From positions 124,001-188,000 of the forward strand of contig NIVC01001830.1 of NCBI GenBank assembly GCA_002269645.1: a stretch of DNA of 64,000 nt. Reading direction: 5' to 3'. The notes beneath the pieces are model-generated. The model ran no database searches, was not told the origin of the DNA, and worked only from the letters and a program-made list of their open reading frames with translations. Shown here piece after piece: positions 1 to 11,976 of this stretch. Source of the stretch: Macrostomum lignano. Lineage: Eukaryota. The translations under genes were made by a program, and so were the position numbers. Positions within the stretch are counted from its first letter, which is position 1. The number at the start of each line of letters is the position of its first letter.

Positions 1-70
1 CAGTCTGAGGGCAGTTCAGTCTGAGGGCAGTTCAGTCTGAGGGCAGTTCAGTCTGAGGGCAGTTCAGTCT
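1..70. repeat. 16-bp tandem repeat (CAGTCTGAGGGCAGTT), truncated by window start
   Basis: About 4.4 perfect copies read directly. Confidence 0.9.
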
Positions 71-1397
71 AGTCTATAAGGTTTCACAGGATTTAGGATC
101 CTAGACATGGCAGTGTATCTGACAGTACGAGTAATTCACGGTTTCTGTTATCACTCTATTTGTAGAATTCACTGCTCACGCCCAGCAGATCTCCAGGAGA
201 CCAGTATTCTCCTCGCATACCGATGGCTGGCAGCACTGAGTCACCGCCCCCGAACTACCAGGAGGCTGAGGGAGGGGGAGCTTGGAGAACAATGGCGGCA
301 AAGACACGGCAGAATGAGCAGGCAGTAAAGGGATTATATGGGAGATACAACACTGAGAGGAGGTGGTCTGAATGCGAGATGAGCTCACCCTGCTTCTCTC
401 TTGCTTTTCTTTGCGTCGCTTTAGCCAGCCTGGGAAAATGAGGAGCAGCACCATGGAGCTGCCGCAGCTGCATCCAGCAGCAGCCCAGCCTCTCCTCTTC
501 ATCCTCCGTCTACGGGCCGAGCTTACCCAACCCCCCCCCCTAAGCGATTTCCCAGCGGGCGGTCTCTATCTTCTCCCAGTTTCCTTTCCCCTCCCCATTC
601 GCATGCACTACTCCAGGCTGTGGAAGACGGTGGATGGGAGGGGGGAGGGATAATTCTCCCCTCAACACCCAGCGCTCGCAAGCTGAGCCACTGGCCACTG
701 AACCATCTCTCTAGTTTGCCAGTAGGGACGATTCGTCTTTCGACTATTAGCAGGTCTCCTTCCCAGCAGCCGCCCCCCCCTCTTGAGTTGAAAAACACAA
801 CTTGTTGATCTTGGCGCCGCCAGAGGAAGTGTTTAAGAGCTGCAAAAGTACAAAGAATAGAAAAACAGGGTGAAAATTCGGTTGGATTGATCAAATCAAG
901 TCGTCAAGGAGTCCAGTAAAGCTTTCTCACTCTTTCCTCGCTTCCTTGGACACTCTTCTGTCTGGCTCTTTCTCAGAACGGTTCATTTAGAAGACTAGGA
1001 GACGGTTATTCTGGTTGTTAATACTTTTTTAGGCTATAAATATATGCAACTACATGTGTATATATTTAGCTAGCGTTGTCAAAGCAGTATGCTGCTGTTG
1101 CATGGAACAGCGCTAGATAGTGGACATAAGCATAGAGAAAGAAGCATATTATAAAGTCAAGACTGACAGAAACGGATTGAGATTGTAAAGTTGTCACTGC
1201 GGCGGCTCGAGAGGCATCATAATTGTCATCTTTTTGTCGAAAGCAAGATTTATTCAAGATCGTAGCGAGAGCAGACAATTGTCAAACAGGTTTTCTGCTC
1301 CGCCAGGTCGAATCGTTGGAGCGATATCGAGTTTTTGGTGCCAAGTTCCATTGAGTTCTCATTGACAACCGGCAATTTTATTGGACAGACTCTGGTC

Positions 1398-2909
1398 TCA
1401 CAGAGCAGACTGCAGCATCAAACCGCTCGGCAACAGAAGGTTGAAAGCAGCAAACAATATCGAACTGTGGAGTCTGTCACCCCTGGCCGAGGGCTTCTTG
1501 TTGAAGGACTTCGAAGACGAAGCGGTGGCGGCTAGCAGATGCCCTCGGGCATCCTGTTCGTTGTCGTGTTCATGCTCGTGACCTCCGTGACTGTCGTGTG
1601 AGTGCACCGAGGCCCGGCTCATGCTCGCGCAGCTGGACTCGAGCAGGTACTCCTGCTCGGGATCGAACCAGCGACCGCACCGGCAGCTGTATTGGGCGCC
1701 GAAGCTGCGCCAGCTCAGAGAGGCGCCATCGCTGTCGCGCCACTTCCAGCCATCGCGGCACCGGCTTAGCGCCGTCAATTCAAAGTACTTCGCCCGATGC
1801 GCGTGACCGAAGCGCCAGCCGTACAGCAGGTGCTGCTCGAAGCCCGGCGGTCCCCGGCAGATCCCGGTGATGGCCGCGCCGGTCACCTTGACTCGCGTGA
1901 AATTGTACAGCTCGCAGCCGCACTGCAGCGGATTGTCGTAGAGGTTCACGCTGCTGGAGTCCCAGCGGCAGGGGTCGGTCGACTCAATGGTTGGGTGGCT
2001 GAGAAAGCCGAGGTGCCGGATGTTGTTTTGCTGCAGCGTCAGCGTCAGTGGCAGGCGCAGGCGGGCGAACGCGAAGTCTCCAATCCTTTCGATTTTGTTG
2101 CTGTCGAAATTGAGGGTCAGCCTGCGGCGCCCGCTGAAAGGGAAGCTCAGGCCGAGGAAGCTGACGGCGTCCAGCTCCTTGAGGCTGTTCCGCGCCATGT
2201 GCAGCGCGTCGAGCGACTGCAGCGGAGCCAGGAAGTCAACCGGCAGGGCGGTCAATCCGAGTCCGTTGAGCCGCAGGGTGTGGAGGCAGCTGGCCAGCGG
2301 CCGCAGCAGGTTTGGATTTTCCCTCACGACAGCTTCCGGGTTGTCGCTTAGATCGAGCGTCTCCAGGCCGCGCGTGTCGGCAAACAGCTGGTCCGGCAGG
2401 TGGCCCAGACTGTTGAAGGTCAGGTCCAGGTGCCGCAGACTCCGCCCGGGGCCGGACAGAGCGCGCGGATCAAGGCGACTGGCGTTGACATCTTTGAGCG
2501 ACAGGGCGGCGAGACTGACGAAGCTGCTCAGGTGCGCTCGGGTGACGGTCGGCAGTCGCGACCTGGCCAGATTCAGGTCTTGAACGAACGGCAGGAAGCG
2601 GGCGAATTCCCGGTCGGCGGAGAGCGCCAGGATCTCGTTGGAGTTGAGGCCGCGGCCGCGGCCGCAGTCAAGGGTCAGGCTGAGATCGACTCGCTCGCAC
2701 AGGGCGGCGCTGGCGTTGCTGCCGCAGGCGCCGATGACGGCAACCTCGCGGCAGGTGACGGAGCAGAGGCCCGCCGAGACAGCGCCGAGCTTCCTGGAGC
2801 CGTCGCAGGAGGCGACAGTTGCGGTGGTGGCGGCCGCAGTTTCCAGGGCCAAAGCCGCCGAGGGCAGCAGGAAACGGAGGACTATTGGGAGGGTCCAACT
2901 GAGAGACAT
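1398..2909 (-). CDS. Intronless secreted/GPI-anchored leucine-rich-repeat protein, 503 aa
   Basis: Hydrophobic N-terminal signal (MSLSWTLPIVLRFLLPSAALA). Repeated LxxLxLxxN motifs (LRHLDLTFNSL, LETLDLSDNP, LHTLRLNGLGL, LDALHMARNSL, LTLQQNNI). LRRCT-type NPLQCGC...C. Polar spacer then hydrophobic C-terminus (SILFAAFNLLLPSGLMLQSAL) with no cytoplasmic tail. Confidence 0.85.
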   Translation of the reverse strand: MSLSWTLPIVLRFLLPSAALALETAAATTATVASCDGSRKLGAVSAGLCSVTCREVAVIGACGSNASAALCERVDLSLTLDCGRGRGLNSNEILALSADREFARFLPFVQDLNLARSRLPTVTRAHLSSFVSLAALSLKDVNASRLDPRALSGPGRSLRHLDLTFNSLGHLPDQLFADTRGLETLDLSDNPEAVVRENPNLLRPLASCLHTLRLNGLGLTALPVDFLAPLQSLDALHMARNSLKELDAVSFLGLSFPFSGRRRLTLNFDSNKIERIGDFAFARLRLPLTLTLQQNNIRHLGFLSHPTIESTDPCRWDSSSVNLYDNPLQCGCELYNFTRVKVTGAAITGICRGPPGFEQHLLYGWRFGHAHRAKYFELTALSRCRDGWKWRDSDGASLSWRSFGAQYSCRCGRWFDPEQEYLLESSCASMSRASVHSHDSHGGHEHEHDNEQDARGHLLAATASSSKSFNKKPSARGDRLHSSILFAAFNLLLPSGLMLQSAL

Positions 2910-3706
2910 TGTCTTCTGCAGCAGAAGGGACCCGGGGCTGTTAAGACAGAAACGAGTGGCCTGTGTCTTAAGTACTCAAGAGCTGCTCATTTGCATGGGG
3001 TGAGTCCAAGGCTATCAGCGATTGGCTGAGCAAGGACTGATTTGGACGGATGACGAAGAGAGAACGTTTGCATCAGCTGACTCCTACTAATTTTTATGCG
3101 TTTTCACTACTTGTGAGTAGCAATCGAAATGTTTTTGACTTAAATTTAGCTAACGATTCCGTTTAACCCGTCTCGGAAAAGTTCTAGACATGTGATTCCA
3201 GTACGATGCTCGAATGCATGCTCGGATGTATGAGGCTCTCATGATGCTCGCAGGCCCATGCAGTACTTGTGAAAGTTATTGAAAAACGATAAAGATTGCG
3301 CTCGTATAATGCAAGTACGGTGCCTATTGGACACCATAAATAATGAAATGGGCGTCGAGATGAAGCCCAATTTGGTTACTTTAGAATATCCATATTTACG
3401 CTCGATCGAATTACATAAAAGTAGGTATTGAGGGCGGAAATAGAATATATCTGGGATTATAAAATTAGAGAAACATATTGTAACTGAATTACATCCAGGA
3501 CAATCTTTTAAAATGTATACACGTGGACGACAACAGGAAAGCCAGCTTATGACCAATTATGACATCCAGGTCCAGCTCTACAATTAAAAATAAGCAAATA
3601 ATCGATGCTTTAATTGAATGTTTGCAGAAAAAATATCGTTGAAAAAGTTTCAAAAAGAGTTTCTACTTCAATCGATGGTGATTTGGATCTTTTTGAGCTG
3701 CCGCGG

Positions 3707-4711
3707 CTACCCGCAGAGCTGGTCCAGCTGCTGGAACTCAACCGTGCTTAGCGCAGTCTTGGCGATGGCGTAGCAGATCAGGCGGCCTTTCAGCCGAAAC
3801 CTACTGTCAGAGTGGTAGCCCAGCCTGAGACAGCCGGGTGAGCTGTACATCCCGAAGGCGTTGCTCGCCCGGACGCGCATCGAAGACCCGTTAAAGTAAA
3901 AGTTGTTCAGGGAGTTTCCGTTGAACACAACGCCAACCGAGAACTGCATCGGAGAGTCGTTGGCCAGAGGGGCTGGTTCGATGTCCGCCCGACCCCACTG
4001 CTTGAAACTGTTGGCTATAAACCGATGCCGAACCATGGGAAAACCGTTTCTTTCGCCTAGAGCTCCAGCTTCATATCCCCATTGGCAGTTATAAAAGTGA
4101 TGATAGTTTTTCCCGTAGTGACTGAACCACAGATCGGTAGCAGTCAGTCGTCTGAATACTTTTGCATAAAATGAGAAATTCGCAGGTGTCTCGAGAAAAG
4201 ACGAGATCAAGGTGCCGCCGCGGGTGTCCACCTCGATGTAATCATTCCTAGAGCCAAACAGGTGGGCCCCGTCAGCGTCGTGGACGACATCTCCGTGAGG
4301 CGTCGCGTCGAAGCTACCCGGACTGACGAGGTTGGCGAAGCCCCGCCTGAAGTCGAACAGCACGACCAGCTTGGACTTCACGTCCCGCCTCACGTGACTC
4401 ACGCATGGATCGGCGCTCTGAGCCTCGGACCGGTTGAAGAGGCCGGCCAGCTGGTTGGAGTCGCCAAGGTAGCAGACTCCGTTGGAGCGGTGCAGCACCG
4501 AGCAGCTGGCGTTGGCTGCGCAGGCCGACAAGCAGGCGCCAGCGTCTTGTGCGCCAGACAACCAGCTTAGCTGAGCGAGGCTTGCATTGCTGGGGCACAC
4601 CGTCCGCTTGTCGAAGGTGACGTTCTGCTTCACGATTCGAGTTCTGGCCTCCCCGCTGGCGGTACAAAGCCACAGCAGCAGCAGCGGCATGGGAGCGGCT
4701 CGGGCTTGCAT
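3707..4711 (-). CDS. Secreted PAN/apple-like + LamG/ConA-like protein, paralog 1 (start at 4711 or 4690)
   Basis: Signal peptide MPLLLLWLCTASGEA. C-x3-C-x5-C-x9-C cluster (CLSACAANASCSVLHRSNGVC). LVVLFDFRRG...HLFGSRNDYIEV...NFSFYAKV resembles the start of LamG_3-type domains. Aligns over its full length with three neighbours. Confidence 0.8.
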   Translation of the reverse strand: MQARAAPMPLLLLWLCTASGEARTRIVKQNVTFDKRTVCPSNASLAQLSWLSGAQDAGACLSACAANASCSVLHRSNGVCYLGDSNQLAGLFNRSEAQSADPCVSHVRRDVKSKLVVLFDFRRGFANLVSPGSFDATPHGDVVHDADGAHLFGSRNDYIEVDTRGGTLISSFLETPANFSFYAKVFRRLTATDLWFSHYGKNYHHFYNCQWGYEAGALGERNGFPMVRHRFIANSFKQWGRADIEPAPLANDSPMQFSVGVVFNGNSLNNFYFNGSSMRVRASNAFGMYSSPGCLRLGYHSDSRFRLKGRLICYAIAKTALSTVEFQQLDQLCG

Positions 4712-6136
4712 ATCGCGACTGGCTGGTTTGTTGAAAGGCGCTCGCAGAGTTGGACTTCTGTGTCCGCAGTTCCCGCGCCTCGCCAGGGCTAAATAGAATT
4801 CCAGAGGGCCTTGGGACGGACCAATCAGGAACGAGGCTGTCTTTGGCTTATCGTTCTTTGTGGCAAAGCGACTCGGTTTGTACAATCCAGCGGAGTTTTG
4901 TTGTTGTGGGCGTTTCTATAGCTACACAACTTGCTTTCTGGTTTCTGCTATCAGGCAGAGACTAGCTACTAGGAGAAGAATGTTTTAGGCCTGCTTTGTA
5001 ATGAACTATGTACCTTTTGAAATAGGGAAGCTTAAATACTATGTCTGTACAAATTCTAAGACACCAATGAGACATGCGCCTGTCAACAATTGATTCCGTT
5101 GGGAGACATTGGGACAAGCAGGTTTGACACGTCTTGTTGGTATGACTTAAAATGATTCGAAATGAATTTGAAATTATTTGAATGGCTGAAATATTCGTCT
5201 ACGAGCTACTATGAAATAGCCGTTGTTTTCGGTAGCGCTTCGAAGTGGTCCTTGGAGCATGGTGAGTAGACTGAGTAAGTTGGGCACTTCCACTCCACTT
5301 TTTTTACGAACCAAGGACACGTACATGCCTTCTTAGAGAAAAAACCGTCAAGATGTCATGCCAGGTTAACCCTCTTAACGCGCTTGCCTATTCAACCGAT
5401 TACTTCGCACTTCGCACCGAGTAGCTGAGCTTAAACAGTTTTTTTCACTTCAGCTGCACTCGACACGACTTGCCAAACTTGCTAGCATAGTAGCTTTCTC
5501 TCAACTACCATCCTGGTGCTAACAGAAGGCATTGAAGCCCCTTCCATAACCCACTGAGCCGATCTCGTAGGTAGGCGATGGCTTGACCAGAAAATCGATG
5601 AGTTTCCATAGAAACTTCTACTTAAAGACTGAGCATTGTTGCCAGGTAAGAAGCAAAGCCTGCGACTACCTCAAGACTAAGAGTAAGGGATCTGGGGCCC
5701 CGGCACCGATGGCGCCATAGGCAGGCTCAACTGACTGAGTCTACATGTAAGAACACTTTGCGTCGCTCAACAAGCTTCATTCTCAAGCTAGCAGTCGCAC
5801 CCGCCCATTGTTGAACAGCCTCACGGAATCCTTTAGAGGCTTCAAGCAACGTCAAGGTTATAAACGGAAGAGTTTATTCTACCTACATGTCGGGTAGACA
5901 CGCATCCAGAGATTCAGCCGCATTTCCGCTGCGCTACCCACCCCCTCCCTCCCTGTTCGGCTGTCCATCAGCCTCGTTAAAAGTACACGCCTATATTAGA
6001 CCCTCTAGACATTGGAGCACTGGTTGATTCATTTGAAGTTGGTGGGAGAATGGCTTGAGAACACTTTTATGAAGAGCTTTACGCAAACTCGCATCAAGTT
6101 TGCCACAGGCAAGCACTACTCAAGTAACATATATAT

Positions 6137-6935
6137 AGGACGCTACACTCGAAATCTAAGGTAAATGTTTTGAAGGCAACTTGTCGCCGAAAAATACACT
6201 ACAGAGATAGGAGGTTTTAATTTTTTCAGCACAAAAATTGTTATTGCTTTTGATAGGAGGCAGATCCAGTGTTCATCTTTTGATATGTTGTGCCTTTCTT
6301 ATTTCCCTATCGATATTCATGAAGCTTTTCGTTCAGAAATAGTTTTAAAGGCAGGTTTCACCGGAAAAATACACTACGGAGATAGGAAATTTCACGATTT
6401 TCAACACTAAAACAGTGATTGGGTCTCTTAACAGTGTAAGAGAAAGTCCTAATCACACTATTTTGTGCCTCACATGCTGCTCTAACGACGCATTAATCGA
6501 TTTTTCATGTTAAATTGGTCTGTCACTTAAAAAACGTTTAAAATAATGACAAGACCAATTTAACATGAAAAATCGATTAATGCGTCGTTAGAGCAGCATG
6601 TGAGGCACAAAATAGTGTGATTAGGACTTTCTCTTACACTGTTAAGAGACCCAATCACTGTTTTAGTGTTGAAAATCGTGAAATTTCCTATCTCCGTAGT
6701 GTATTTTTCCGGTGAAACCTGCCTTTAAACTATTTCTGAACGAAAAGCTTCATGAATATCGATAGAGCAATAAGAAAGGCACAACATATCAAAAGATGAA
6801 CACTGGATCTGCCTCCTATCAAAAGCAATAACAATTTTTGTGCGGAAAGAATTAAAACCTCCTATCTCTGTAGTGTATTTTTCGGGGACAAGTTGCCTTC
6901 AAAACATTTACCATAGATTTCGAGTGTTGCGTCCT
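6137..6935. mobile_element. ~800 bp near-perfect palindrome (foldback/MITE-like; arms ~385 bp, spacer ~30 bp)
   Basis: 6137-6520 is the reverse complement of 6553-6935. The inner ~170 bp of each arm look perfect; about 9 differences lie in the outer part. No clear TSD. Confidence 0.8.
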
Positions 6936-7662
6936 TCTACTAAGTTGTCCTTGGCCACAGGCCGAATAGGCCCTATAATGAAAGTAGCGCATCGGTGAAG
7001 GATCAGCTACTATGAGTAGAAATATAAGATCGTAGGAATTTTAACATAAAATTATCCAACGTGGGTTAAAAAATTCGATACAAGTGCAGGAGCCAAAAGG
7101 TGATCATAATTTTGAACTTAGTTGACAACAAGAGGGAGTGGAAATTCTGCCAAGCCAAGAACTTTTTGAGAGGAAACGCAGGAGCTTCCTTCGTCTTCTT
7201 TTTCGATATTTTACAAGCTTTGATTTAATAACAAGTTCAATAATTTTCTCAAAAAACCATGTAATACTTCCTGTAGCACTCGACATTGGTGTCGGTAGGG
7301 GCAAGAAACAAATCCAAGTCCATGTCATGTTTGATATTTACTTTTAAAATAGATGGTGAAATCTGTTGTTAAACTTTAAACTATTTATTTTCATGATTTT
7401 CAAGTCTAAAATTACTGATCTGTTCATAAATTCGAATTATTTAGCTTAGTTGCAAGTAGTGGTGAAAGAGTTTTACGTTCATTTTTAGTCGTAAATATTG
7501 TTTAGAAAAATATGCCTCTTTTTGCTCTGCCTCGTGTCTGAAAGTCTAACTTTAGAATAACTGACCTTGGTACATCTGTTCAGGTACATGTAATAATGTT
7601 TTATTCTTGGAGTCTGAACTATTTATCAACCGAGGACGTCACAGTCTGCTGCCAGCAGCTCT

Positions 7663-8646
7663 CTACCACGGGCACAGCTGCTCAAGCTGGAGGAACTCAG
7701 CGGTGCTCAGAGCGGCCTTGGCGATCACATAGCAGATCATGCGACCTTTCAAAGTGCGAGCAGAATTCAGATTATAGCCCAGACGGAGAAGCCGAGGCTC
7801 GGTGTACGATCCCCAGCCGAGATCCGACTCGGTTGCCAGCTCAGAGCCGTTGAAGTAGAAATTGTTCAGCGTCTTGCCGTGGAACACGGCTCCGAGCGAG
7901 ATGGCCTGAGTCAAACCGATTGTCGCAATCTGGGCAGACTGGCGGGTCTCAGCACTCTCAAGGTGGGACGAGCCGCTCAGAGACAGGAACTTGTGCTGCA
8001 CCCAAGCACGTCGGTCGCGATCTCCGAAGTACAGCAGCTTTACTGAACCATCCAACACGGAGTTATGGAAACAGTGGTAGCTGGTCTCGTACTGGTCCTG
8101 ACGAACGACCTTGGCGAAGAATGAAAAGTTGCTCGGATGGTCCAGGTAAGTAGAGATCAAGGACCCGCTCATGGTGTCCACCTCAATGTAGTCAGCGACA
8201 GCGCCCGGAAAGTGAGCTCCCTGAGCGTCCCTGGTCACCGCTCCGCGAGGCGTGGCATCGAAGGTTCCCGGGCTGGCGAGATTGCTGAAGCCCTGCCGGA
8301 AGTCGAAGGCCAGTACAATCTTCGACATGAGGCTGCCGACCTTCTCGAAGCTCACGCACGGATCGGCACTCGGCGGCGATGTCAGAGTAAAGAGGCTGGT
8401 CCGCTGCTCGCTGGTGCCGAAGTAGCAGGTGCCGCCTGTGCGGTGCAGTACAGAGCAGTTGGGGCTGGTGGCGCACTGCACCTGGCAGGTCCTCGGATCC
8501 TGAGCGCCCTCCAGCTTGTCGAGCTGAGGCAGGCTGGCAGTGCCGGGACACACGGCCAGCTGCCTGAACGAGACTCGCTGGTTGAATCCGGTGGCCACCG
8601 CTGCGCAGAGGCAGAGGAGAGCCAGAATGCTTGAGCAGAGCTGCAT
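7663..8646 (-). CDS. Secreted PAN/apple-like + LamG/ConA-like protein, paralog 2, 327 aa
   Basis: Signal peptide MQLCSSILALLCLCAAVATG; same Cys pattern and domain motifs as paralog 1; intact intronless ORF; AATAAA on the minus strand at 7600-7605. Confidence 0.85.
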   Translation of the reverse strand: MQLCSSILALLCLCAAVATGFNQRVSFRQLAVCPGTASLPQLDKLEGAQDPRTCQVQCATSPNCSVLHRTGGTCYFGTSEQRTSLFTLTSPPSADPCVSFEKVGSLMSKIVLAFDFRQGFSNLASPGTFDATPRGAVTRDAQGAHFPGAVADYIEVDTMSGSLISTYLDHPSNFSFFAKVVRQDQYETSYHCFHNSVLDGSVKLLYFGDRDRRAWVQHKFLSLSGSSHLESAETRQSAQIATIGLTQAISLGAVFHGKTLNNFYFNGSELATESDLGWGSYTEPRLLRLGYNLNSARTLKGRMICYVIAKAALSTAEFLQLEQLCPW

Positions 8647-9660
8647 GGCTTGCAGAAGTTAGGCAGGTGAGGAAACTGCGGAGGAGTTGCACTAAATACT
8701 AAGCAGTTTCAAGCGCATTTACAAGTTTGCCAACAAATTTTCTCCCTTTCGCTTTTCCGCATCTTCAAGCGGAACTGGCTAGGCAGGCATTGTCTATTGT
8801 CCCAGCGGGGTCCCATGCAGACTGGGGAGGGCATTGTTCGCTTCTGCAGTGGTGCTGCATTGGCTTTGAGCATGACTTCATAAATTATTCATGTCCTTCT
8901 TTCTACAAAGAACTCTCCAGCACCACCTTGTTGAAGAGGCCACTTTGAAGATAGTAAAAGATTCTATAGACAGAGGAGGTTCTCCAGCATTGTCAAAGTA
9001 TCGCGGAGTGAAGTGAGGAGAAACTCAACAATGAGGACCAGGGAGTCCTAGGGAGAAAATCTGAAGCAGGCAGGCCCGCTTGTTTTCAAGGACTACTAGA
9101 CTTGCTTTTTTAATTTTGTTTCAACTCTTTGCCGTGAAAATTTGCATATTCGCAAATAAGCAACCATTTCAGAAGTGTGCCACAGTGTTGCAAAAACATA
9201 TTTCGTAACTATTAGAAGTTTATAAAAATAAATCCGGAAATTTTAACGATGAGAAATTTCAAATTCTGAATTTTTCTAAGAAAATAATAGTTGCTGGAAG
9301 CATGTACCGTTTTAATTAGCTGAGGTGAGCCCGTCAATATGTCTATCGTGAGGCATTGCTATTATATAAAAGTTAAAAAAATTTGAGTTTGAATGAGCTG
9401 TAAACAGGAAAATTACTGCTTTCAGCCTGGTTATTGTTTTGACCTTACCGGCAATTCTCTATAATTAGGTAGGGTGCTTCTAGGTTGCTGGCAATGGAAT
9501 TATTCATTAATGTGCTTGCGTGCAGAAAAATCTCTTTGGAATTTTGGCAACGAAATACGTTACTTCAAGTAGCCTTTGATGTTCTGACTACGTTTATTGT
9601 AAAGTTTACTTCTCTCGTACTCAAAGACAGACAGAAAGCAAGAAAATTTAAAGCATGAAA

Positions 9661-11045
9661 ATACATCAGAGGCGATTCCGTCCATCTCACACCAGAGGCG
9701 ATTCCATCCATCTGACATCAGAGAGGCGATTCCGTCCATCTGACATCAGAGAGGCGATTCCGTCCATCTGACATCAGAGAGGCGATTCCATCCATCTGAC
9801 ATCAGAGGCGATTCCATCCATCTTACATCAGAGGCGATTCCGTCCATCTGACATCAGAGAGGCGATTCCGTCCATCTGACATCAGAGAGGCGATTCCGTC
9901 CATCTGACATCAGAGAGGCGATTCCATCCATCTGACATCAGAGGCGATTCCATCCATCTTACATCAGAGGCGATTCCGTCCATCTGACATCAGAGAGGCG
10001 ATTCCGTCCATCTGACATCAGAGAGGCGATTCCGTCCATCTGACATCAGAGAGCGATTCCATCCATCTGACATCAGAGAGGCGATTCCATCCATCTGACA
10101 TCAGAGGCGATTCCGTCCATCTGACATCAGAGGCGATTCCATCCATCTCACATCAGAGGCGATTCCGTCCATCTGACATCAGAGGCGATTCCATCCATCT
10201 GACATCAGAGGCGATTCCATCCATCTGACATCAGAGGCGATTCCATCCATCTGACATCAGAGGCGATTCCGTCCATCTGACATCAGAGGCGATTCCGTCC
10301 ATCTGACATCAGAGGCGATTCCATCCATCTCACACCAGAGGCGATTCCATCCATCTCACATCAGAGGCGATTCCATCCATCTCACACCAGAGGCGATTCC
10401 ATCCATCTGACATCAGAGAGGCGATTCCATCCATCTGACATCAGAGGCGATTCCGTCCATCTGACATCAGAGAGGCGATTCCATCCATCTGACATCAGAG
10501 GCGATTCCGTCCATCTGACATCAGAGGCGATTCCATCCATCTCACATCAGAGGCGATTCCGTCCATCTGACATCAGAGGCGATTCCATCCATCTGACATC
10601 AGAGGCGATTCCATCCATCTGACATCAGAGGCGATTCCGTCCATCTGACATCAGAGGCGATTCCATCCATCTGACATCAGAGGCGATTCCGTCCATCTGA
10701 CATCAGAGGCGATTCCATCCATCTCACATCAGAGGCGATTCCGTCCATCTGACATCAGAGGCGATTCCATCCATCTGACATCAGAGGCGATTCCATCCAT
10801 CTGACATCAGAGGCGATTCCATCCATCTGACATCAGAGGCGATTCCGTCCATCTGACATCAGAGAGGCGATTCCGTCCATCTGACATCAGAGGCGATTCC
10901 GTCCATCTGACATCAGAGGCGATTCCGTCCATCTGACATCAGAGGCGATTCCGTCCATCTGACATCAGAGGCGATTCCGTCCATCTGACATCAGAGGCGA
11001 TTCCGTCCATCTGACATCAGAGGCGATTCCGTCCATCTGACATCC
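9661..11045. repeat. 26/28-bp minisatellite (GAGGCGATTCCRTCCATCTGACATCA +/- GA)
   Basis: About 50 head-to-tail copies without unique spacers. Confidence 0.95.
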
Positions 11046-11330
11046 GAGGACGAGGCGCAGTCGGTCCAGCACGTGGGACTTCTCTGTTAAATTCAAGTTG
11101 CAGGCACCGAAGAACCGGGTTCAGGCCCCAGATGATGTCCGCCTATATGGATGACTTACTGCCATTCAGAGGGACATTAGCCATAGAATCTTATCGTGGA
11201 ATGGGGCAACCAGCCAGATTTGGCAGCTCAATTGAAATTGAAATTGAAGGAATGAAAACTGGAAGGCAGAAGCACACGGTGAATCTTTGCGTAATGAATT
11301 CTACACTCGCAGTATTGTGTCTGGTTTTTA

Positions 11331-11640
11331 TAATAATAAGTAATAATAATTGACTACCACCTGCACCAATGGGCAGATGTGCAACCGACAGCCCAGCCGC
11401 AGCCATTGCGCTGCGCATCTGAGGCTGCGTACGGCTGTACAGTCCAAGGACTGGGGGGGTCGCCAAACACATTCAATTACCCCAGCTAATGCTGACACCC
11501 ATTTCACAGCTGGGTGAACTGAAGCAATGCAGAGTTAAGTGTCTTGCTCAAGGACGAAAACTGTTCCAGTGGATTAAGAATCGAACCTCCGACCTCTCAG
11601 TCGTGAGTCTCACACTCTGAGCACTAGGCTACAACCATCC
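11331..11640 (-). mobile_element. tRNA-derived SINE with CORE-like central domain and (ATT)n tail
   Basis: Minus strand reads an A-box-like TAGCCTAGTG, then B box GGTTCGATTC, then CCTTGAGCAAGACACTTAACTC...CAGCTGTGAAATGGG (resembles the CORE/MIR domain). A second copy lies at 41485-41695. Confidence 0.7.
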
Positions 11641-11976
11641 TTTCTTCTAGAATAATGGGCTCAGTTTTGCTCCAGCAGACTTTTGTCTGATCGCTTCCGT
11701 TTGCTACCGTTTTGCTGACAATGCCTATTGTTGTATTGCACAGACAATGAGCCGTTTCGCTAATGGATCGGAAAAAAACTTTTCCGCCATTTTCCAGCAT
11801 TGTCTCCAAACATGTGGTTATATAGCGCTTCTATTTTAGAAGAAATCCAGCATGTAGTCTAACTCGTAAAAAGGCAAATTTGATTGACATCACGCCAAAG
11901 TATGAGAGTAGCTCGGTACTCTACCGGCGGTGACATTGCTTATCCCGATACCCATGTCAATGTTACCTCGTTTATC

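Noticed and set aside
1797-3029. Plus-strand ORFs overlapping the LRR gene (and similar antisense ORFs over other genes and the retroelement)
   Set aside because: Shadow ORFs of GC-rich coding sequence with no recognisable motifs
4712-4885. N-terminal ORF extensions of paralog 1 (to 4885) and paralog 4 (20629-20739)
   Set aside because: They precede the signal peptides and have no counterpart in paralogs 2 and 3
5330-6120. Possible degenerate tyrosine-recombinase (DIRS-like) remnant on the minus strand (FKLSYSVRSA resembles HSxRS)
   Set aside because: One weak motif, many stops and no continuous frame; cannot be supported without tBLASTn
9661-11045. CRISPR-like appearance of the 26-, 34- and 52-bp arrays
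   Set aside because: No unique spacers, no cas genes, eukaryotic context
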